A stretch of DNA of 64,000 nt, from contig CAWDCA010000019.1 in assembly GCA_963800695.1 (NCBI GenBank), positions 15,085 through 79,084 on the forward strand, given 5' to 3'. Under the pieces are notes generated by a model. The model worked only from the letters and a program-made list of their open reading frames with translations. It ran no database searches and was not told where the DNA came from. Within the stretch, counting starts at the first letter, position 1. Each line of letters starts with the position of its first letter. Source of the stretch: an uncultured Alphaproteobacteria bacterium. GTDB taxonomy: Bacteria; Pseudomonadota; Alphaproteobacteria; Rhizobiales; Xanthobacteraceae. A program made the translations under genes and the position numbers. Shown here one piece after another: positions 10,242 to 18,907 of this stretch.

Positions 10242-12221
10242 TTATAGCTCAGCCGGCGTCATGCCCAGCGCCGCGATTTGCGCGCGCACGGCCGGCTCGG
10301 CCAGCGCCTTCAGGAACGCCGCGACGGCGGGCCGGGCGCGGCGGCTCTCGACAGCCAAGAAATCGTAATTCTCCGGCGACAGCCGAAGGAATCCGAGACC
10401 ATACATCGCGGCGACCGGTGCAATCGCGACGCCCCAGTCGGCGCGCGCTTGAGCGACCGCCGACGCGACCGCGTTGTGCGAGCGCGGCTGGTTGCCATAG
10501 CCCGGCGGACGCGCCGCGCCGAGCAACTGGTCGATCAGGATGCGCGTACCCGCGCCAGCGTTGCGGTTGACCATGACGCAATCGGGGTCGGCCAGCACCG
10601 CGTTCAAGGCGTCCTGCGCGGATTTGCCTTCGAAGCGCGCATCGCCCGCCCGAAACACGATGCCCTGCATGCGCTGCCAGCCACGCACGAGCGTCAGGCC
10701 GTCCTTCGCGTACTGCTCATTATAGATGCCGGTCGCCGGGTCCATCAGATGGATTGGCGCGAGATCGCATTCACCGCGCCGCGCAGCCGCCACGCCGCCC
10801 ATGCTGCCGATCGCGATGGTGCGCGCCGAAATGCCCTGTTGCGACAGCGCGGAGAGCACGGCGTCGAGCGCGACGCAATGACTGCCGGCGATGACGAGGT
10901 CGGGCACACGCGCCCGTCCGATCAGCGTGACCTTCGCGCGCGTGCCCGGATCGACCGAGGTGCGCAGGGCGTCAACTTCGAGAAAACCGTCGGCCTGGGA
11001 GAAAGTCGTGACCGAACCGGAGCCCTTGCCGAGCGGAAATGCGATCTTCCCGCCGTCCTCGCGTGCCACCAGGGCAACCAGCACGAATTCCTTGCGGCCC
11101 ATCTCGGAGGGAATGCGCACCGGCACCGTGGCATCGACCTGAACCGCCGCTTCCGGCGGCAGGCCAGCCTTGGCGCGGATCACCGGCGCCACATAGGCAT
11201 GGAAGGTGAAGATCGCCGAAGTGGGGAAGCCCGGCAGGACAACGATCGGCTTTCCTTCGGCGACCGCAAGGCACAGCGGCTTGCCGGGCTTGAGCGCGAC
11301 GCCGTGCACGATCACGCCGGGCTCGCCCAGCCGCGAGACGATGCGATGCGAGAGGTCGCCTGCGCCTTTCGAGGTGCCGCCGGAGAGCACCACCATGTCG
11401 CACTGCTTCAGCGCGTCGCGCACCGCGCGCGCGAGCGTATCTTCGTCGTCGGGAAACGCGCCGAATGCGACCGGCTCACCGCCCGCTTCGCGCACGGCCG
11501 CCGCGATGATCGCGCCGTTGGAGTCGTAGACCGCGCCGGCGCGCAGCCGCGAACCCAGTGCGGCGAGTTCGTCGCCAGTCGAGAGCACCGCGACCTTCGG
11601 CCGCCGCACGACATCGGCCTGCGCGAACCCGCACGCCGCCAGCATCCCGATCTCGCGCGATGAAATGACAGCACCACGCCGCAGCAGTGTTTCCCCGCGC
11701 GCGATATCGGAGCCGGCGTATGACACGAACTGTCCGGGCGCGGCGGCGCGGCGCAGATCGATCGCGGGTGCAGCGGCGTCGATCAGCTCGGTGTTCTCGA
11801 TCATCACCACGGCGTCCGCGCCGCGCGGCACCACTCCACCGGTCGCGATCGCGGTCGCAGTGCCCGGCGTGACGGCAAGCCTCGGCGGGTGGCCGCAGGC
11901 CAGCACTTCGGCATTGAGCGTCAGGCGGCGCGGCGTCGCGTCGGCGGCGCCCGTGGTGTCGGCGGCGCGGACCGCGAAGCCGTCGACGTTGGAACGATCG
12001 AACGGCGGAACGTCGATCGGCGCCGCGATGTCATGCGCCAGCACGCGGCCGAGCGCGTCGTCGAGCGAAACGGCTTGCGCGGAGAGCGGCGTCAGATCGA
12101 GATGTTTCCCGAACCGCGCCTTCGCGTCCTCGGCCGACACGACTTCGAGAAACTGTTCCTGCCGCGCGGCCGCACGCACGGCGTCGAGCAATGCGATTTC
12201 GGGGCTCGTGCGGTCGTTCAT
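10242..12221 (-). CDS. MoeA-fold molybdopterin biosynthesis protein fused to a C-terminal periplasmic-binding-protein-like domain
   Basis: 659-aa ORF. N-terminal two-thirds carries MoeA motifs (PPFDRSNVDGFAV, LSTGDEL, VLSGGTSKGAGD). The last ~200 aa (VIAGSHCVALDAVL...VNRNAGAGTRILID...) resemble a PBP/ModA-like fold and lack a signal peptide. Confidence 0.7.
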   Translation of the reverse strand: MNDRTSPEIALLDAVRAAARQEQFLEVVSAEDAKARFGKHLDLTPLSAQAVSLDDALGRVLAHDIAAPIDVPPFDRSNVDGFAVRAADTTGAADATPRRLTLNAEVLACGHPPRLAVTPGTATAIATGGVVPRGADAVVMIENTELIDAAAPAIDLRRAAAPGQFVSYAGSDIARGETLLRRGAVISSREIGMLAACGFAQADVVRRPKVAVLSTGDELAALGSRLRAGAVYDSNGAIIAAAVREAGGEPVAFGAFPDDEDTLARAVRDALKQCDMVVLSGGTSKGAGDLSHRIVSRLGEPGVIVHGVALKPGKPLCLAVAEGKPIVVLPGFPTSAIFTFHAYVAPVIRAKAGLPPEAAVQVDATVPVRIPSEMGRKEFVLVALVAREDGGKIAFPLGKGSGSVTTFSQADGFLEVDALRTSVDPGTRAKVTLIGRARVPDLVIAGSHCVALDAVLSALSQQGISARTIAIGSMGGVAAARRGECDLAPIHLMDPATGIYNEQYAKDGLTLVRGWQRMQGIVFRAGDARFEGKSAQDALNAVLADPDCVMVNRNAGAGTRILIDQLLGAARPPGYGNQPRSHNAVASAVAQARADWGVAIAPVAAMYGLGFLRLSPENYDFLAVESRRARPAVAAFLKALAEPAVRAQIAALGMTPAEL

Positions 12222-13297
12222 GGAAACGCCCGCATCTCAAGGCTGGCGCCCGCCGGAAAGCCTTCGCTTGCCGCCGGCACCAGCACCCAGCCATCGGCGC
12301 GGGTGAGCGCCTGCATCGGCCAATGGCCCGAGGCGAGCGGCTCGACGCCATCGGCCGTGCGGCGCACCGGAACGACTTCGGCAAGCCCGACGGTCGAGAC
12401 GATTTTGCGCGCGAGCGTCACCGGCATGCCGGGAGATATAGGCGCGCCGGTCAGCGCGCGCAAAAGCGCGTCACCCACGACGAGAAATGCCGCGAGCGCG
12501 GCATCGAGCCGGCCGGGCAGCATCAAAACCGGGTGGTGGCCCTTCGCGATGCCCAGCGCCGCCGTTTCGCCCGGCGCAATCCCGAAGCCATGGATCGCGA
12601 CCTCGCCCATGCGCTTGAGCATTGCGACGCTCGCGTCGTTGCGCCCCGCGCCGGTTCCGCCGATCGTGATGAGAAGGTCGGTCTGCTCGTCGGCGAGCGC
12701 GCGTTCGAGCGCGCGCACGAAGATCACATTGGCGCCATGCGCCGCGACGCCGCGCGAGATCGCGAGCGCCACAGCGTCGCATCCCGGCATCGCAACGACG
12801 CGCACGCGCGGCTCGCGCACCCGCACGCGAGAAAGTCCGGCAGCCTGCAATGCCGCCACATCGATCGCGCGCAAGCGTTCGCCCGTGCGCCGCAACGGTT
12901 GGCCGGGCGCCGCATCCGCCCCGGCTGCGAGCACGCCATCGCCCGCCGTCGCGGACGCGTGAACTTCACTGTTCGTCACAGCGTCGGACGGCAGCACCGC
13001 ATCCGCCCTGCCCGGCATCGCGTCTCCGGCATCGACCCATCCGGGCGCGGGCACGAGCAACACGGGCGCATAGGGCCCGGCGTCCGCAACCTGCTCGGCG
13101 CGCACCGCCCATCCGTCGATCAACGCGACCGGCGTCGCGGGCGATGCCGCCGCGACAGCATCTGCAGCCAGTACGCGGCCTTCGGCGTCGGCCAGCGCCA
13201 TCTCGCGCGGCGCGACCAGCCGCGCCAAGGCCGCCACGCGCGCCAACACATCGGCCAGAGGCGTCAGCGCCGAAATCCGTTGGGTGGAAGCGCTCAT
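12218..13297 (-). CDS. short MoeA-like molybdopterin-binding protein
   Basis: From ATG 13297: MSASTQRISALTPLADVLARV...LIDGWAVRAE...LITIGGTGAGRNDAS. ATGA overlap with the downstream MoeA-PBP gene. The upstream part of track ORF 12218..13579 is not family-like. Confidence 0.6.
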   Translation of the reverse strand: MSASTQRISALTPLADVLARVAALARLVAPREMALADAEGRVLAADAVAAASPATPVALIDGWAVRAEQVADAGPYAPVLLVPAPGWVDAGDAMPGRADAVLPSDAVTNSEVHASATAGDGVLAAGADAAPGQPLRRTGERLRAIDVAALQAAGLSRVRVREPRVRVVAMPGCDAVALAISRGVAAHGANVIFVRALERALADEQTDLLITIGGTGAGRNDASVAMLKRMGEVAIHGFGIAPGETAALGIAKGHHPVLMLPGRLDAALAAFLVVGDALLRALTGAPISPGMPVTLARKIVSTVGLAEVVPVRRTADGVEPLASGHWPMQALTRADGWVLVPAASEGFPAGASLEMRAFP

Positions 13298-13427
13298 CGC
13301 GGCATCTCTGCGGAGCGGGTGCGTGCCGGTCAAGCAGGGCGAAGCAATATAGCTAAATCCTATCGGCTGATGGCCTTTTTGGCGCGTCACCCTTGACGAT
13401 ACGCGCCTGAAATCGTCCTTTGCGCCG

Positions 13428-13652
13428 ATGTCCGAGACGACGCTCGACCTGCGCGGGCTGCGCTGCCCGCTGCCTGCGCTGAAGACCCGCAAGGCGCTGA
13501 CCCGGCTTGCGGCCGGTGACCGGCTCGTGGTCGAGTGTACCGATCCCCTATCGACCCTCGACATCCCGAACCTGATCAATCAGACCGGCGACGTGCTGGA
13601 AGATTCCACCAATCAGCCGGGCCTGTTCGTGTTCCGCATCAAGAAAGCCTGA
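13428..13652 (+). CDS. TusA/SirA-family sulfur carrier protein
   Basis: 74 aa. LRGLRCPLPALKTRKAL contains the CPxP active-site motif of TusA-like proteins. Confidence 0.8.
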   Translation: MSETTLDLRGLRCPLPALKTRKALTRLAAGDRLVVECTDPLSTLDIPNLINQTGDVLEDSTNQPGLFVFRIKKA

Positions 13653-13672
13653 AACCCTTAGAAAGCGTCCCA

Positions 13673-14626
13673 ATGCCACACCGCTGCGCGATCCTCGACG
13701 ACTATCAGAACGTCGCCACCAAGCTGGCCGACTGGTCGATCCCGGACGTCGAAATAAAGGTGTTCAACGAACCGTTCGCCAACCCGAAGGCCGCGGTCGC
13801 GGCGCTCAAGGGCTTCTCGATCATCTGCATGATGCGCGAGCGCACGCCGTTCCTCAAACCCACGCTGGAGCAACTGCCCGACCTGAAGCTGCTGCTCACC
13901 TCGGGCATGCGCAACGCCTCGATCGATCTCGATTACGCGGCCGAGCGCGGCATCACGGTGTGCGGCACCGAAGCCGCGGGCCAGCCGACCGCCGAGCTTG
14001 CGATCGGCATCATGCTCGAGCTCGCGCGCAAGATCGGTTACGAGAGCAACCGCATGAAGTCCGGCGTGCCGTGGCAGTCGACGCTCGGCATCGAACTGGG
14101 CGGCAAGACGCTCGGACTATTGGGCTTCGGCAAGCTCGGCAGCAAGGTCGGCGAGATCGGCAAGGCGATCGGCATGAAGCTGATCGCATGGAGCGAGAAC
14201 CTCACCGAGGAGAAGGCCAAGGCCGGCGGCGCCACGCTGGTCTCGAAGCAGGAGCTGTTCCAGCAGGCGGACTTCCTGTCGGTTCACCTCGTGCTGAGCC
14301 CGCGTTCGCGCGGTCTGGTCGGCGGCCGCGATCTCGCGCTGATGAAGCCGACTGCGTTCATCATCAACACGTCGCGCGGGCCGATCATCGACGAGCCCTC
14401 GCTGATGGCAGCGCTCGGATCGCGCAAGATCGCGGGCGCCGGCCTCGACACGTTCGACATCGAGCCGCTGCCGCTCAATCACCCCTTGCGCAAGCTCGAC
14501 AATGTCGTGCTCACGCCGCACCTCGGCTACGTCAGCCAGGAGGGCTACAGGGTCTATTACACGCAGATGGTGGACGACATCAGGCAGTGGCTGGCAGGCA
14601 CCCCGGTGCGGGTGTTGAAGAAGTAA
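13673..14626 (+). CDS. D-isomer-specific 2-hydroxyacid dehydrogenase family protein
   Basis: From ATG 13673: MPHRCAILDDYQ... NAD fold GKTLGLLGFGKLGSKVG, plus NTSRGPIIDE and LTPHLGYVS. Confidence 0.85.
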   Translation: MPHRCAILDDYQNVATKLADWSIPDVEIKVFNEPFANPKAAVAALKGFSIICMMRERTPFLKPTLEQLPDLKLLLTSGMRNASIDLDYAAERGITVCGTEAAGQPTAELAIGIMLELARKIGYESNRMKSGVPWQSTLGIELGGKTLGLLGFGKLGSKVGEIGKAIGMKLIAWSENLTEEKAKAGGATLVSKQELFQQADFLSVHLVLSPRSRGLVGGRDLALMKPTAFIINTSRGPIIDEPSLMAALGSRKIAGAGLDTFDIEPLPLNHPLRKLDNVVLTPHLGYVSQEGYRVYYTQMVDDIRQWLAGTPVRVLKK

Positions 14627-14628
14627 TC

Positions 14629-14760
14629 GCGGCTGTCGTCCCGCGCGAGCGTAGCGAGACCCGGGACCCGTAAACACGAACGGAGCTTACGACGACGAGG
14701 ATCGTGGTTATGGATCCCGGCTCGCGCTCTCTTCGTTCGCTTGGCCGGGATGACAGCCAC
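14629..14760. repeat. inverted pair of ~45-nt REP-like units
   Basis: Unit A (14629-14669) is gcggctgtcgtcccgcgcgagcgtagcgagacccgggaccc. The reverse complement of unit B (14712-14760) is gtggctgtcatcccggccaagcgaacgaagagagcgcgagccgggatcc. They share a GGCTGTC(G/A)TCCCG ... GAG(A)CCGGGA(C/T)CC skeleton. Lies between the dehydrogenase stop and the ggt stop. Confidence 0.5.
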
Positions 14761-14762
14761 CA

Positions 14763-16335
14763 CTAGCCCTGCGCCACCGCCGCGGACCAGGGCGAGGCGG
14801 CATCGCTGATGCCGGTTCGCGCGCCACCGGCCTGCGCGATCAGATTGGGGCAGGCGAAATTGATCGGCAGCAGCGGCGTGCTCGACGACTTCGAGCGGCC
14901 CGTCGGCTTCAAGCGCACGCAAGATGTCGGGTGCGAGGCGCCGGTCAGCCGTGATCTTGTCCGGGTCGGACACATCGATGCGCGGCTGGTGCGCGGCGGC
15001 TTCCGGCGACATGCCGAAATCGGCGACGAACGACACGAGCTGCAGCACCGCCGCCATGATGCGGCGGCCTCCTGAAGCGCCGGCCGCGATCCAGGGGCTC
15101 GCGCCCTCGCGCAGGATGACGGGAAACATGTTGGTGAGCGGCCGCTTGCCCGGCCCGATCGAATTCGGTTGGCCCGGCCGCGGGTCGAACCACATCACGC
15201 CGTTGTTCATCAGAATGCCGGTCGTGGGCAGCACAACGCGGCTACCCATCGAGGAGAGCAGCGTGGTGGTCATCGCCACCATGGTGCCGTCGGCATCGCA
15301 TGCGGTGATGTGCGTGGTGCAGCTTTCGGCGGCGCGGCTCGGCATCGCCGAGCGAGGTCAGCCGCTGCGCATACGCGGCCTTCAGCGCGCGCGCGAGCGC
15401 CACGTACCAGGCGGCATCCGGCGCCGCGCCGAAACGCACGTCCGCCATTTGCCGCAACACGTCGGCCGCGGTCGGCGCCGCGGTGAGCGGGCCGGCGAGT
15501 TGCAGGGTGCGGCCGCGCCACGGCACTTCGGTTGCGGGCGACACGCGCGCCTTGCAGTTGCGCAAATCCTCGGCCGAGAGCACGCCGCCCATCTGCTTCA
15601 CGTCGGCGACGATGCTCGCGGCGATCTCGCCCTCGTAGAGATCGCGCCATCCGGCGCGTTGCAGCCGCTCCAGCGTGTCCGGCAGTCTGCCCGAGCTGGA
15701 AAAAGTTCAGCCCGCCCTGATACGGCGGCACCGGCGGCAGTCCGTCGCGCAGATAGACGCGCGCGCTCTCGGGATATCGGCGCAGGATCGGCGCCGAGTT
15801 CGCGACCTTCAGCGTCGTGAACCAGTCCTGCGGCAGGCCGCGCCTGGCGAGCGCGACCGCGGGCGCGGCGATGTCGGCGAGCGGCAGGCGGCCCCAGCGC
15901 CGGTGCATCTCCGCGTAACCCGCGAGCGCGGACGGGATCGCGAACGACAGCGGCCCATGGATGTTGACGTCGCCTTCCACCTCCGGCCAGCCGAACAGGT
16001 CGGCGGCGACCTTGCCGGTCAGCTTGAAGAGGTTGGGGTTGAGCGCCACCGGCGCAGTCGGACCGAAATCGACCGTCTCGGCACGCGCCTCACCGGCGCG
16101 ATGCACCACCGCATGGCCGATGCCGCCGAGCCCGGAATTCCACGGCTCGACCGCCGCCAGCGCGAGCGCGGTCGCTAAGCGCCGCGTCGATCGCGTTGCC
16201 GCCGGCATCGAGCGCGGCGACGCCGGCCTCGGCGGCGTTCTTGGATTGCGACACCACCATGCCGCGCTTGCCGGAGGCCGCGGGCTTCGTAAGGTGCCAG
16301 TGTTGGCTGACGTGGGGCGCGGGGGTGAAATTCAT
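14763..16335 (-). pseudogene. ggt: gamma-glutamyltransferase, readable only with four frame changes
   Basis: Five ordered pieces on the minus strand. MNFTPAPHVSQHW...GNAIDAAL (16335..). ATALALAAVEPWNSGLGGIG...PYQGGLNF. LPDTLERLQRAGWRDLYEGE...LTSLGDAEP. AAESCTTHITACDADGTMVAMTTTLLSSMGS...GASGGRRI...PLEVVEH. LLPINFACPNLIAQAGGARTGISDAASPWSAAVAQG*. Junctions are near 16176, 15701-15705 (A5 run), 15340 and 14875. Confidence 0.85.
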
Positions 16336-16393
16336 GCGGGCGGATGATAGCTGCCGCCTGCCATGCCGCAAGTGCGGTTGGATCATGGCAGCC

Positions 16394-16470
16394 TAGTGTG
16401 GCGGTTTCAGAAGTCCGCATCATTCTCGCAGCGAGTCCGCAATGCGGACTTCTGAACCAAAGCCACACTA
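16394..16470. repeat. 77-nt palindromic (hairpin-forming) element, copy 1
   Basis: tagtgtggc + ggtttcagaagtccgcat pairs with atgcggacttctgaacc + (aaa) + gccacacta. That gives 9 + 17 bp of stem with two small bulges and a 21-nt loop containing its own ctcgc/gcgag mini-stem. Confidence 0.7.
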
Positions 16471-16484
16471 AATCAATAGGTTGC

Positions 16485-16557
16485 TAGTGTCCTTTCGATT
16501 CCGAAGTTCGCATGGAGCCTGCCGCACGTTGTGGCGAACTTCGGAATCGGGACACTA
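16485..16557. repeat. 73-nt palindromic element, copy 2 (diverged copy of 16394-16470, same orientation)
   Basis: tagtgtcc(ttt)cgattccgaagttcgc pairs with gcgaacttcggaatcgggacacta, giving 8 + 16 bp of stem and a 22-nt loop. It shares the TAGTGT...ACACTA termini with copy 1. The inner arm ttccgaagttcgcat matches ttcagaagtccgcat of copy 1 at 13 of 15 positions. Confidence 0.7.
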
Positions 16558-16574
16558 GATGCTAATCAGCCGCC

Positions 16575-17003
16575 ATGCAGGACCAGGCCGCCAAACCGTT
16601 CGATCCCGCCGCCGCCGGCTGGGAGACCTATGGGGATGACGGTTTCGTCGGCCTCGTCGGACCGTTCTTGATGAAGAAGGATGGCGAGAGCTACCGCTAC
16701 GCCTTCGTTGCCGAGCACAAGCACCACAACCGCCGCGGGGTCGTGCAGGGCGGCATGATCATGACGTTCGCAGACCGTTCGCTCGGCATGACCGCCTGGT
16801 ATGCGAACGAGAAGAAGCCGCAGGCGACGGTGCATCTGGACGTGCATTTCATCGACGCAGTGCAGATCGGCGAATTCGTCGAGATGACGGCGCGTGTAGT
16901 CCGCCGCACGCGCTCGCTCATCTTCATGAGCGGCGAGCTTACGGTCGGCGAGCGTGTGGTCGCGACCGCGAACGGCGTGTGGAAATCGCTGGGGAAAGGG
17001 TAG
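16575..17003 (+). CDS. PaaI-family (hotdog fold) thioesterase
   Basis: 142-aa ORF with HNRRGVVQGGMIMTFADRSLG, typical of PaaI/YbgC-type hotdog thioesterases. Confidence 0.7.
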   Translation: MQDQAAKPFDPAAAGWETYGDDGFVGLVGPFLMKKDGESYRYAFVAEHKHHNRRGVVQGGMIMTFADRSLGMTAWYANEKKPQATVHLDVHFIDAVQIGEFVEMTARVVRRTRSLIFMSGELTVGERVVATANGVWKSLGKG

Positions 17004-17024
17004 TAGAACCCTTGGGCTAGCCGC

Positions 17025-18905
17025 TCACGGCGCGTCCGACTGACGCGCCAGCCGGGTCTGCGCGGCAAGGCGGATCGGCGCGTTGGCGGCGCCGAAGCCG
17101 CGGTAGCCGCGCCGCTCGACGATCTCGAAGAAAAACCGGTCCTCGAAGCTCGGCGTATAGAGCTGCAGATATTCGGCGTCGCCCTCGCGATCATAAAGGA
17201 TGTTGCTCTGGCGCAGCCGGTCGAGCAGTTCCGGCGCAAGGTCCCACTTCGCCTCGATGTCGTCGTAGTAGTTTTCCGAGATCGGCAGCAGCGCGACACC
17301 GGCGGATTTTAGCGCGGCTGCGGTCGCGAAGATGTCGCGGCTTGCAAGCGCGATGTGCTGCACACCGGAGCCGAAGAATTCCGAGAGAAAGCGCGACGAC
17401 TGCGTGCGCGCAGCCTGCGAGCCGTTGAGCGCGATGCGCAAGGTTCCGTCCGCGCTCTCGATCACCTGGCTGCGCACCACGCCGCCCGGATCCAGCACGT
17501 CCTGCTCCGGCGTCTTCTTCACGTCGAGCAGCGAGGTGTAGAACAGGAGCCAGCTCAGCATCTCCTCGTAGCGCATCGACTGCGAGATATGGTCGACCAC
17601 CGTCAGGCCCGCGTCGTCCGGGCGCCCGCCCGCAACCGGATCGAAGTCGACCTGCCACAACGTGCCCAGCTCGGACACGTCATCGACGAAATACACGAGG
17701 CTGCCGCCAAGGCCGCGCACCGCCGGAATGTCGAGCTCGCCCCGGCCGACCGCCTGGTGGAACGGCCGGTCGAGCAGCCGCTGCGCGCGATCGAGCGTCG
17801 CCTTCGCGTCGTCGACGCGCAACGCGATGGCGCACACGGAGGTGCCGTGCGTGATGTTGAAGGAATGCGCGAAGCCTTCCTTCTCGGTGTTGACCACGAG
17901 ATTGACATCGCCCTGCTGCCAGCGCGCCACCGCCTTCGACTTGTGCTGGCCGGTGTGGCGGAAGCCGAGCCCGCCGAGGAGCTTCGTAAAATCCGGCGCG
18001 CTCGCCTCGTCGATCGCGAACTCGATGAACTCGACGCCATGGCAGCGCACGCGGTCGGGCAGCGCCGGACTGCCCGGCGAGAGGACGCCGGTGTTGCGGC
18101 GCAACTGATCGAGCAGATAGATCAGCGAGCGGTGGCCATCGACCGCGACCGCGCGCGCCGAACCGGCGCGGAACTGGTCGTTGAAGATTTCAAGCGAGAC
18201 GAGGCCGTCGTAGCCGGTCGCCTGCAGCGCCGCCATGAAGTCGATCAGCGGCAGGTCGCCCTGCCCCGGCATGTTGCGGAAATGGCGGCTCCATTGCAGC
18301 ACGTCCATGTCGAGCTTCGGCGCATCGGCGACCTGCACGAGGAAAATACGGTCATGCGGGATCGAACCGATTGCGTTCAGATCGGTGTTGCGCGCGAAGA
18401 TGTGGAACGTGTCGAGCACCAGGCCGATGGCCGGGTGGTTCGCACGGCGCACGATTTCCCAGGAGTCGCGATAGTCGTTGACGTGGCGCCCCCACGCGAG
18501 CGCCTCGTAGGCGACGCGCAAGCCGCGCTTTGCGGCGCGCTCGCCAAGCTCGTGCAGGTCGGCGGCCGCGCGGTCAATGCCGCCGAGCGCCGCCGGCGAG
18601 ACGTTGGAGCACACCAGCAACAGGTCGCAGCCGAGTTCGCCCATCAGATCGAACTTACGCTCGGCGCGGCCGAATGCGCGCGCGCGCTGCGGCTCGGGCA
18701 GGCCCTCGAAGTCGCGGAACGGCTGGAAGGTGATGATCTCGAGGCCAAGATCGGCGCACATGTTGCGCGCATCGATGTTGGTTCCGGCGAACGACAAGAG
18801 ATCGTTCTCGAAGATCTCCACGCTCTTGAAGCCCGCCAGCGCGATGGCGTCGAGCTTTTCGTCGAGCGATCCGCTGAGGCAGACGGTGGCGATTGCAGTC
18901 TTCAT
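17025..18905 (-). CDS. bifunctional sugar-phosphate-isomerase-like TIM barrel / 4-hydroxyphenylpyruvate-dioxygenase-like protein; QuiC1-type 3-dehydroshikimate dehydratase candidate
   Basis: From ATG 18905: MKTAIATVCLSGSLDEKLDAIALAGFKSVEIFENDL..., a xylose-isomerase-like barrel. It is followed by a VOC/HPPD-like C-terminal half (VEFIEFAIDE...GVQHIALAS...FFEIVERRGY). This architecture matches the fused dehydroshikimate dehydratases of quinate catabolism. The 151-codon upstream extension in the track ORF overlaps the next gene and is discarded. Confidence 0.75.
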   Translation of the reverse strand: MKTAIATVCLSGSLDEKLDAIALAGFKSVEIFENDLLSFAGTNIDARNMCADLGLEIITFQPFRDFEGLPEPQRARAFGRAERKFDLMGELGCDLLLVCSNVSPAALGGIDRAAADLHELGERAAKRGLRVAYEALAWGRHVNDYRDSWEIVRRANHPAIGLVLDTFHIFARNTDLNAIGSIPHDRIFLVQVADAPKLDMDVLQWSRHFRNMPGQGDLPLIDFMAALQATGYDGLVSLEIFNDQFRAGSARAVAVDGHRSLIYLLDQLRRNTGVLSPGSPALPDRVRCHGVEFIEFAIDEASAPDFTKLLGGLGFRHTGQHKSKAVARWQQGDVNLVVNTEKEGFAHSFNITHGTSVCAIALRVDDAKATLDRAQRLLDRPFHQAVGRGELDIPAVRGLGGSLVYFVDDVSELGTLWQVDFDPVAGGRPDDAGLTVVDHISQSMRYEEMLSWLLFYTSLLDVKKTPEQDVLDPGGVVRSQVIESADGTLRIALNGSQAARTQSSRFLSEFFGSGVQHIALASRDIFATAAALKSAGVALLPISENYYDDIEAKWDLAPELLDRLRQSNILYDREGDAEYLQLYTPSFEDRFFFEIVERRGYRGFGAANAPIRLAAQTRLARQSDAP

Positions 18906-18907
18906 GC

